A DNA stretch of 64,000 nucleotides from Chrysomallon squamiferum (taxonomy: Eukaryota > Animalia > Mollusca), in contig CM022665.1 of assembly GCA_012295275.1 (NCBI GenBank), positions 18,972,001-19,036,000 on the forward strand, in the 5' to 3' direction. Below are positions 52,707 to 64,000 of the stretch, piece after piece. The notes under the pieces are model-generated. The model searched no databases, was not told the DNA's origin, and saw only the letters and a list, made by a program, of their open reading frames with translations. Both the position numbers and the translations under genes were made by a program. Each line of letters opens with the position of its first letter. The stretch's first letter is position 1.

Positions 52707-52820
52707 TTATTTCATAATTAAGAATAGTGATATTTGTTTGGCCTGATAATTCTAGTAAGAAACGCCTTGCTGAAAGTATAAAACTAAACACTGTATAATG
52801 TCATTTTGTTTATACGTTTT
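52707..52820 (+). repeat. ~115-bp dispersed repeat, copy 2
   Basis: High similarity to 28760-28878. Confidence 0.85.
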
Positions 52821-53796
52821 ATTTAATTTTTTAATTTTTAAGTTACACATTTTAATTCTTTTTTACCCGACAAATACGATTTTATGATTTGTAATTTTTT
52901 GTATTCATTAATATATACATATTCATAATTAGACTTATCTGGTTGATCCTTGAATACATTATATTAACAAAAAACCAAACAAACAACAACAAAAAACCCC
53001 GTTAGTTCACGTTTTATTTTAATTTCCACTTACGGTACCCAACAACCATAAAACTGTTACAAAAAAGTTTATGAAATTTAAATAATTTATATATTATTTA
53101 CTTTATACGAACATTTTAAAAGGCAGATTGTTGTACTTTTTACTCGAATTATTCAACTGAAAACCACAGTGTTTTGATATGCCGATACTGCTGATGGATA
53201 CCATGTTACACGACTGTGACCATCCCCCTAGTAACATTAGTTTGAAAACATGATAGAAAATGATTAAAAGAAACGATTACACAATATATAAATAAATAAA
53301 TAAATAAATAATGTATATTTTATTTGCTTAGACATTAGGGTATGGCAATGTTCTCATGAATTAGATTTCCAATGAGGTTTTTAAATTCATCTTCATGTTC
53401 TTGTTCGGAAACCTTTTGATAGTCTGTTTAAAAGTGCGTTAAAATAAGAATCTGTCCGTTTGTTTACCGAGTATTGTATTTTTGTGATAAAGATGGACTA
53501 ATAAATAAAAAAATTAACTAATTCATTCATTAATAAAAATTATTAAATACAAGGAAAACAAATGAAATAAAGAAAAAAGTTAAGCTGATGAAAAAAATAT
53601 TTTTACCTTTGAAAAATAATGCAGGTAGGAAGGAAAAGAACATGCAAGCATACAAAAAAATATATACTATATTAATATTAATAAAAAACAAACAAACAAA
53701 AAAACTACTAAATAAACAAAGACATAAAATGAATGAATGAATGAATGAATGAAAAATAAAGTAAAAGATAAATAATAATAACAATAATAATAATAA

Positions 53797-53827
<31 letters not shown>

Positions 53828-56800
53828 AACAAAACAAAAAAGGGTGACGAAGATCGAAATCAAGGCACACAAAAAATGTTCGCGCCACTGATGGCAGACA
53901 GTCACAATTACAACTAATTGATTGTTTCCCGACGTTTGGCGGGAAAATATCTGTTGCCGTCTGCTAAGCTGTCATCTCTTTTTCACGAGTTATCTTTTAA
54001 CTGCCATCCAGCAGGGAACCTGGCTCTTTGGCGATGAATGTAATACAGGGATGAAATCTGCACGCGAGAGGGAGTTATTTAGACACTTCCACCACAAAAC
54101 AGTTATCAAATTGTTATCAAACTCCTTTTCGCTTTGTCATTTCAATTCCAAATGGCATCTTTGTCAGAAGGAAGAGAGAATCGATGTTATCGGATTCTGG
54201 CTGGGTGGTGGATTGAATCGGTTGGTGTATGGCTGTAAGCTTATAATAGCAGAGCATTAATTAGTGTTAGTCTTCTTCTGGAAGTTTGCCTCAAGGAAAA
54301 ATGGATTTGTACGATGCTATCTTCTTCGCCGTTGTACTGGAGCGAATGCTTCATTGCATCACTGTCAGGATGCTTTAGTTTCAGCATTCGTACAAACAGC
54401 CGTTACGTCAAGTTTGAAGTATGTTCTCGGCCTTTTCTTTTCTCCAGCATTATCTCTACAATCTTTTAACATCTGTTTATTTATTATTTTCCATCTCTGG
54501 AATAATCCAAAACAAAGTACACCATTTTCCAGTTTCACATTAGATATTATAAAATAATACACGACCATTCTCTTCTATATTGAGATAGAACAGTATTTTC
54601 TAATTTTTAATTTCAATTTATTTTTGAAATTTTTTAAATTAATAGCCTTTGGTTTCGTTTGGAGACGTTTATATTTCTTTTTTCCACATTTGTAAAAACT
54701 GAATATGTGATATTTTGAATACAGCTTCACATAACCATTTAATATCATCAAAGTTGTGAAAAGTCCAAACAGGTATATGTTAAACCACATTCGTCTAAAA
54801 TATTATTCCATGGAGAATATATAATATACCTAGAATAATACAGCTGTGACAACTTGTCCTAGTTATGCATAGCATTACTAATTGAATCTACTCAGTGCAT
54901 TTTATGCCTACTCGCTACTTATCAACTCTGAATGTACTTCAGCATAACGTAAGTCATCAGTAGTTTAGTTCTAGTTTCATTAAATTACCCCCACGATTAC
55001 AGCAACAGCCTTTATTAATATTATTATCATTGTTTATCATTGCCAAAGAAAACAGAATACAACAGAGACATAATAGGAAATATTCAATTCACTTCCTATT
55101 TACTTTTTTTTTTTTTTTTTTTGGTACCTTCAAAGATTCAATAAATAAATAATGAAAAACGTAATTGTTATTATTATTATTATTTATTTTTATATTTATT
55201 TTTTATTATTATTTTTTTTTTTACATACATTCTATTGTAAAGGCATTGTCCTAAACATAATAAAATGAAAATAATTTCAGATTTCAGATTTTTGAGTTAT
55301 TAAACAAAGATTTTTGATAGTTTTGGATTATTTGATTTTAAATTTCATTAAACAAATTTATTAAATCAATAATATTACAAATAAAGCTACTTTTTAAAAT
55401 TATTTTATTTATTTTATTATTATTTTTTTTAAATAAATATTATGGATTTTAGTTTTATTATTACAGCTGTACATCAAACGTGAAGACCAGTGTAAAAAAC
55501 AAAAATGTATGAGAAAAGGTGCATATTTAATTTCTCCAAGGGTCCACAGCTGTATTCAAAATGATAATGTTTATGTTCGTTCTGTAACTGGCCATAACAA
55601 ACAAATTACATACAGCCAAATCACCTCAGTAAAAACCATTTGAATGCAAGTCGGCTCAGTTGCTTCAGTGACAAATCCGTGCTGATTGTGTGAACTGTTT
55701 TCTTTATCCTCAGTCACGGGACGACCGCGTGTGAAAATACACCTCCGTGATGTAACGGGCAGACGTGGCGGTCTAGTCGGAACAGAAGGCAATCATTTCT
55801 TATTTTTTACTTGATTAAAGCTGCTGAAAGATCTCTTCGAACTAATTATGTAGCTGCCAGTTTTACCCGCCTTGGACACACCTTCGAAACATCCTCTGTT
55901 TGGACGGACAAAGGGAGGTTAGTCGTCAACCCGTGCGACGACTTGTTTCAGTGAAGAATGAATTAATTACAAGATGTGAAACCACTGGTTAACATGGCCA
56001 TACAGCACTTAGTATGTGGACAAAGTAAACAAAACTTGTAAGAAAAGGACAGATGTATTTCCTGTTACGGCATTAACAAATATTATGTAAATTTTTATTT
56101 TTAATATTTATAAAATGCGAATATATAATTACATTAAGCAGCAGAAATTCATTATCATGAGTGCGACAAAAACAACAAAACATTTGTGTTCGTTTTTCAT
56201 AACATTAAAATGTAAAAAATTCTTATATAATTATACTTCATCCTTTCAGTATTTATTCTTTTCTACCTTTTAAAACACTTTCCATTCATTTTTAAAATAT
56301 TAATTTACTAGAAGTTACTACTCTAATTTATTAATATTTTAATCACACGACAGCTACTGATTACAACAAATAACAATAATAAAAAATCAATAATAATCTA
56401 AAACAAAGAAAGAAACTTAAACTATATACCGAAAAAAATAAAAAATCAAAATAAAAAAATCAAAGTGCAAATATGAATGAATGAATGAATAAAATAAAGG
56501 TAAAAAAAAAGAAAAGAAAAAAGTAAAACAATAATAAGAAGAGAAGAAAAGAATATCACATTATTTAATTTTTAATAAAACGAAAAGTCTCCATGATTAT
56601 GTGGTATTCAAACAAAAAAGAAAAATGTTTAAAAAGTGAAAGTATGATATTTGACGTAAAAGTTGTATGTACGACATTTTTCTTGATATTATGCTATTAT
56701 ACAAACTATTTGACTGATTGATCAATTAATTCATGTATTATTATTACTATTATTTATTATTTTTTTTTATTTCATTATTTTTAAATTTATTTATTTATTT

Positions 56801-59800
56801 GTATTTATGTAAAGTATGATTTACTTGTTCAGTAACTGATCCTGTTAATTCAGTGATTATGGTATTAATCATCATTCCATAACCTTTATAAGTAAAAATG
56901 ATGCTGACATTAAAAGAAAATTCAAGAAAATAAGTTATATTTCAACCTCTAGTTAAATTTAGAAAAACAAATAATTTTTTTTTTTATTAGTTAATAAAAT
57001 TGGCATTTATGATAGAAGATATTTCAGTAAGAAGATGTTTGAAGCAAAACTAATTTAAATAAAAGATGATCTGAAGTGGAAACCACTCCCATAGATGATA
57101 AACTTAAAGATTACACCATAAATTGTCTCTGAAAACAGTGCAAACTATTAGGTTGTGTAAATGATTTCTACAAGTGTAAGTAGTTCAGTCTTTATCAAAC
57201 TATTTTGGTATTATATATCCTCAAGTTTATAACATTTTCCTTATCTTACAGAACAACACAAGACTTTGATGGTCTTAGTGACTTGTCCATGCTAAATTAC
57301 ACGAACAACAGGCATTACGTGGCTCCTTACAATTTTATCTACAACTCCCAGGTACCAACAGTACCAGTGAGTTTTAACAAAACTGGCTAGATGAATATAC
57401 TGATCTGTAAAAAAAACTGGGTGAATGCAGAACAATTAATTTAAGTAAAAGTGGTCCTTGCTATTTAAAAGGTTGGGAATAACTCTAAGGCTGGCTGTTT
57501 CTGTAGTACTAGTAGTGATACTAGTTCAAGAGATGCCAGTAATACAATTGCCATGTAATATGAAAAATATTAAAAATCATGGTGGTTGAAATCGCTTAAC
57601 ATTTTTTTTTTCTTTATCAACATGACTAATTTATTTCTGATATTGTTAAAAATACATGCACATAACCTTCTGTTGCATGCATTTTCTTATTAATTCTATT
57701 TATTTTTTTTATATATTTTTTATTTGATTTCTTTAAATGGAGATTTGTTTATTTCATCATTTCAGCATATCATGGATTTATTACGGTTGACAGTTTACTG
57801 CCCTTACATCACAGCACATAACTAATCGGAGATTTTTCCATGAACATTTTTGTACATGTCTCCTTGCAACATGATCTACAATATACAGCTGTCTTCTGCA
57901 GTACCAACAGAGAATATCCAGATCTTTAGATCTGCCTGATCCTCACACAATGATCTTACATGAGAACAATATCTATAATCAGTACCAGCATGAGTCCAAA
58001 GGAAAATTTATGCTGCATATATAACTGCTGCATCTCAGTCAAAAAAATAAAAGACAAAGAAATAAAGAAATAAAATAAAAATGTACTCACAAAAGGTTTC
58101 ATCATTTAAAAATCTAAATTTTGGATAGACATTTTAATGGTTTTTATTAATGAAACATTCAAAGAAATTTGAAGTTATATTTTATTATCCATTTAGTAAG
58201 TCATTTACAAAACGTATGATTATTGGCATCAGTCCTATTGCTGGCCATAAAGAAACTGCATGCATCAGATGCTTGCTTCACCAAATGTTGTGAGATGATG
58301 ATAGAATTCCAGAATGTATGTCACTAATTTTCTTTTGAACATGTTGATTTAGGTCATCCAAAGAACTGTTAATCATGCCAACATAATGATAAAGCTGTAG
58401 CAAAAGTTCTTTAGTAAATAAAAATTTAACATACACGCAAAAAGAAAATAGCAGGATTTTTTTTTTCTTATCAAGAACTTGAAGAATAATGAGTTTATTG
58501 TTTAGTTTTATATAATTGTAAATAATGTATCATCAAAGATTATTAGTGTTTCCTGTTTCAATTTTATTTCTTTTTAATTCTGCTTTTTTTTTTTTTTTTT
58601 TTTTTATAACTAAAATGATTATAAAAAATTGTATAATTATATCACTGAGTTTTAATATTGCTGCTCTGCATTCATTTAAATCAGCAACAGACAAATTTAT
58701 TATTATTTATTATATTATTATATATATACAAAATTTCACTGTATTGCAATATTTCTTCCTTCATCAGATTGAGAGTGCAGTCAGTACATTATTTTCTGTA
58801 TTATGGTGGTATGGGAAAAAAAAAATTCCAACTTTCCTCAGAAGCATACCTGTATTATTTTGTTATTCTTTATAATTAAAATTTTGTCCTGGACTGGGAA
58901 GGAAAATATTGCTTAATTTTTTAAACTATATATATATATTATATCATCAAAATTAATATGCTTTGGTTGTATCACGCTTAATTAACATGATTGCCTATAA
59001 ACATGTTAAACAATAACAATGCAAACTGAAAAAATATAATACACACACACATATAGTAAAAAAATAAATAAAAAAAAATCATTGAAAGATAAATATGTAG
59101 GATTTTTAATAGTTTATCAAGTATTTAATCAATTAATTACAGACAGCATCCAAAAGAAATAAACTAAAGAAAATTAGTAATAAAAAGAAATCATCTGGTT
59201 GCTTTGAACTAGAGCAGCTTTCATTAGATATTTTATTCTGGAGCCAGTGAATGAACCCTGGATATAATCTGTCGTTGCTGGGAAACTACCACAAAAACGT
59301 TAATACCCACTCCAAAAACCAAGAAAAAAAAAAATAATAATGCAAAAAATATAAAACAAAATATTATTATATTAAATTCGTTTGATTTAATTTTATTTCA
59401 AATGACTTCGTCATTCGACTTCCTACACGTACTACTGAATAATGTACAAAAGCTGACTTTCCTACTTGATTACAAAAGTATCAATATTGCTTTCAACGAG
59501 AATAGAGTTATCTACTCTTATCACAAGGACAAGATGTCTGCAAGAAATTTGGGTATAGAGTTTGGTACGATCAAACATTTTTGTTTTTATTTTTTAATGT
59601 TTGCCATTACAGTAATCTGATGTAACGAGCAATATGGACAAAATTACTTAGTTCAATAGTTGACAAATCACGACTACTGCATTTTTAAGTATATACATGA
59701 TATTTGCCTTTGCATTTTGTATATTTTTATTTTCAATACGCCCATCCCCACAAAACCCCAACAACAACAACAAAGCAGTTGATTTTTAAAGCATTCATGG

Positions 59801-60022
59801 GACTTATGAGCCATGGGGACCTTTGAGCCATCCATAAACTCCTGACTGCAAAATGGTAGAGAGATCTGTCCACCATCAATGCATCTACTAAAGATACATG
59901 TGACCTTCACCCATATTGTTTAGAGAGCTTTGTATTTTACCAGTTAAAAAGTAGTTTTTTGACTATATTCAGTAATTCTTTTTGGTGTTGGTTACACATT
60001 AATAATGAGGTGATAACACATA

Positions 60023-62392
60023 CAGGGCCAGCGCCCTAGGCAAGGTGAAATTCTAGCATCCCCAGTAAAATATCAATTTCAAAATGTATATAAAAATAAA
60101 TTAAATTTTTTTTTTTTTTCAACATTTGACAATATACCAATGGTAATTTAGAAAAAAAAAAAAAAAAAAAAAAAAAAACCTCTGTGCTCAAATATGCAGA
60201 CACCAAAAAAACAAACACTTTCTGATACTATTTTATTTGCAAAATTAAGACAAGAATAAACAAACATAAAAATAGACATTAGCGATGAACTAACAGCATA
60301 CTGGATAGTTGAACAGACACTCAATACTAATATACCTGAAACTGAATTTGGCTGAGGGATAAATGCAGACAGAAAATCAGTTCAAAATCAACTTTTCCTA
60401 AGCAAAGTGTTTAATTAATTCAGCTAATTCAAGTGATGAAGCCTGAGCATGTTCAGCTGATATAGTTGCCAAGCCAGTGAGTCTCTCTTGCAACATTGTA
60501 GAGCAAATGTAAGATTTTATAAGCTTGATCATTGAGAAATTATGCTTATCATTTGCCACTGATACTGGAAATGTGAGAAGGATCCTCAATGCAATAGCAA
60601 CATTAATGTGTTTGTGGAGTATGAAAAGAAGTACTTCTTTTGATGGCATAGACTGTGGTAGCTTTCAAGTTATGGCTAAAAGTTCACAGCATAGATCCTT
60701 AGCATCAATATCTTTATTTCCATTATGCATCAAAGATTTTTCAAAATTGTTGTAGCCCTTAAGTATATCATCAGTAGATTTACCCTTTACATTGTATATA
60801 TTATATAGAAAGCCAAAGAGTGAATTATAAAGTTGTAGCTTTAGGAATCTCTCATCAGTAGATTGTATGGCCTGTCTGAATCTTCATAGTAAAACTTACT
60901 TTAAATTTCTCTTTTGGAACTTGTAGTGCCTTTCTTGGGCCTCATATTTAAACTGCTGTTTCTTTCTCCTGCATCTAATTTGATCTGTTTCAAAGTGTGG
61001 TACCATCTCTAATTCATTTGCAATTTCAGTAGCATCTATCCAAACTTTTTGAAATTCACAATGCATTTAAATTAGCTTCCTGAATTTGCAGTACATTGCT
61101 TATATGGTTGACTTCAAACACGATGTTGTCCATGTAACGAGTTATTAAACAAATGTGAACTTACTAATTGCACCAGCAAGGGCCTTGGCTTCATCTAAAG
61201 AATTATTGCCATAGGAACCTGTTCAGGTTGTTTCATTAAACATCTGGGTCAGAGCATCATACATATCACACAGATGATATCTTACTCTCCCATCTCGTTT
61301 CACACAATGGTTTAACAGTTATACCCAAGTCTGATACATGACTGCTTTGAATTTGATGTTTTTACTACATCAATAAAATGGATGATCGTTGTTATTTGCT
61401 CAATGTGACTTGTATCAGGTGTGCAGTCCTGAATTATGGAATAGTATTTAGCAGTTTACATGAGTTAAAATTTGCTTTTTCATAGCATTGATTAGAATCT
61501 TTATAAGGTCATTTTGGACATCTTTTCCAAGATAGCGAATCAGTATTTTGTGATTCTTAACTGCACAAATCTTTATTCATGACAGGTTCAAAAAGGGCTA
61601 TTTACTCTACATTTTCAAAAAATTTCTGTTACCAGGGCATACAACTTTTCATTTCTACCATGGAATGCCAAGTTTTGCATGCCAAGAACTCGTAGCAAAG
61701 CAATTAAGCATTGCAAAATTTGATGCCAATAATATTCCTCTTGCCTAATTTTCTGTTGGTCATTCCTGTCAATTGTTTTTCCTTTAGCTAAGTGCAGTTC
61801 AAGTTCATGCCAGTTTGATAGTTTTCTAAATGGTCAGCAGTCCTTTCATGTGAAGAAAGAATTGACCCAGTATTCTTCCAGTCTTTTGATCCTGTTTGTT
61901 GGAAAGATGATAAAATATTCATTCACAGCAGAATTGGGCCTGCAATATTTTTAAAACATTTATTTTCAGTATTCTGTTCTATCACTGGAGGTACAATTTT
62001 TCTGTCATGGACATTTAAATAACCCCACACAGGCCATTTCTTTCCTTGTTTATGCCATTATTATAAGGAGTTACCACTCTCAGTTTGGTTTCTGCAGCAA
62101 ACTGAAGGTTTTGTATTCACATTATTCCACAGTAAAACTTATGGCCTATAAAAACATGCAAACATAATTATGTCCTGAAAATAAAGTGTACAATTTTGAC
62201 TTACTCATTTTGCTTTTTCCAAACAGTTATTTGTCCCTGTATGAAATAAACCAGGATAAAGAAATGACCCTCAATAAAACTGAAATTTATTTATTTATAT
62301 TTCAAAACTGTTGTTAATTTCCAGAAATAAACCTACTGAAATGAGCACCCTAGACAGCTGTCTAGTTTACCTATATGGTAGCACCAGCCCTG
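60023..62392 (-). mobile_element. Decayed hAT transposon with ZMYM1-like transposase remnant
   Basis: TIRs CAGGGCCAGCGC and GCACCAGCCCTG; 8-bp TSD aacacata / aatacata (7/8); minus-strand hAT dimerisation-domain remnant LRILLTFPVSVA..NFSMIKLIKSYICSTMLQERLTGLATIS; upstream fragments SHERTADH and LRVLGMQNLAFHG; many stops and frameshifts. Confidence 0.9.
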
Positions 62393-64000
62393 AATACATA
62401 TTTCACAGATCTTTCTTTTAACTTCAAAATACAGTTTAGTGAGTCAGCCATGTGTTTCTATGGCACACTGGGCTAACATAATGAAAGTGGTGTTGGGGAA
62501 TCAATGAGCCATTCTCTGTGGGGTCCATCAAACCACTTTGGGGTCCACTTCATTTTAAAGGAATATATAACACACCAAGATAGTGTTAAATCCACTGCTG
62601 AATGTTTTGAAAAGAGCATCACTGAGGAGGAAACTCTTGAAAGTACACTGAAATCATGGAGTCAGTAGCAAAGTTTGCCCTAGACTGAGGTCACTGTGTT
62701 GAAAATGTAATTCACTCCTTAATTTAGTACAATGTATGTGCAATTTAGATGAAATTTTGACAGGAATGAGAAAAAAGAAGAAAAGATTTACATATATGTT
62801 GTTTCTAGCCAGTTTCATTATTTGAGATCATGGCACCCACTGACCTGTTCATTGGTCCCTTATCCTGGGGTGCATGAGCCATCATGACCCTGTTACATTA
62901 AGTGTCTCCCATAATAATATTGTTGAAGACAACCTATCAAACTGTATATTGTAATCGACAGCAATAATGCCTCTATATGCATCATCAGTTTTCCAATCAA
63001 CGTATGAAGGTTTGGGTGAAATGACCAAATATCTTAAAAATGGCTGATCTGTCCCCAGTTTCCCCCTATATACACATTTTCTTAAAGTTTTTGCACCATC
63101 ATTATCAAAGCCTTAGGTGTTTTGGGTTCTAGTGACCCCCTCTGGAACACCAGAATTCTAACCCCTGTAATCTGCCTGGCTACCATGTTTTGTATTTTTT
63201 CTTTTCTTTTTCTTTTTTTTTCTGCCTGTCCAGTGACCACACAGTTTTCAAGATGCTTCTTGTCTGAAATTCTACTTTTTTTGTGTATACTCTGCTGGCT
63301 CAAGTCACTGAAAAAAGTGTTAATGGTTTCTGTTGTCTGACTGATTTACAGGTGGCAATTGCACAGTATGAATATGATTATAAAAATAAAAGATTATATT
63401 TGTCATTTTCTTTGTAGTTTTTTGAATGACCTGATACAAACAAAAACTGTTTTAATTCAGAACTATAAGTATTGTTTATAGATATGTAAAGTTGTATTTA
63501 GGGGGATTAATATAATAAACTTATTTAAGACAAGGCAGTCAGCTATGGTCATTTCACTTATCTTTTGTATCCCATTTACAAAATTGCTGTTTGGACATAA
63601 GAAAATGATCATTTCGTGTTGGATGCACAACACTAAATAAAGAAAAACTGAAAAATATGTATGTAGAGAATCACATGCAAATTGTGTTAAATTATCTGTT
63701 TCTCAACATACATGCCATCACCAAATGTGCCAGGTTGTTCACCAATTAGACTTGGCAATGTGAAACTGAACATAATGAAAGAGTTTAACATCACATGGGG
63801 TATATCTGACTGGAAAATATTGTAAAACATTTTCAAGATTCATATTGGATGCTGACCATGTATATGTTGATAGTTTTCATAAATGCACATTAAATTTTCC
63901 AGATATAGTATTCAAATAATACTTAAAAATATATTTAAGTTTAAATAACTCATTTTAATTTTTTAGTGCTCATTGTAAAAATATACTTAAATACAAAATA

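Noticed and set aside
53530-54790. Several 65-112 aa ORFs downstream of Olig
   Set aside because: Low-complexity or non-ATG starts, no motifs or splice support.

Overview
AT-rich, intron-containing eukaryotic (invertebrate, probably molluscan/lophotrochozoan) genomic DNA. By reading splice sites directly I can assemble six host genes: (1) a 94-aa secreted Gly/Tyr-rich, 4-Cys, Arg/Trp-rich peptide (+, 2475-3696) that is absent from the ORF track; (2,3) a head-to-head inverted pair of tandem-repeat (two-CRD) galectins (-, 16711-25954; +, 29121-35480) with identical CRD exon lengths but different linker exons, and a decayed Tc1 (DD34E) element in their shared upstream region; (4) an uncharacterised ~384-aa protein with a putative TBP-like N-domain and a degenerate PLD-like C-domain (-, 37133-39014); (5) ACTMAP/C19orf54 (+, 42263-45704) with a U12-type intron; (6) an intronless Olig-family bHLH gene (+, ~50392-51072). 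At 6.4-10.7 kb there is a tightly packed set of mostly decayed intronless ORFs around one intact 252-aa orphan ORF, which looks like an integrated virus/Polinton-like fragment, although no hallmark viral gene is recognisable. Also present: a decayed hAT (ZMYM1-like) transposon, an internally deleted MULE, several MITEs, a 59-bp minisatellite and many microsatellites. Exon models and family calls were made by eye, without alignments or database searches.
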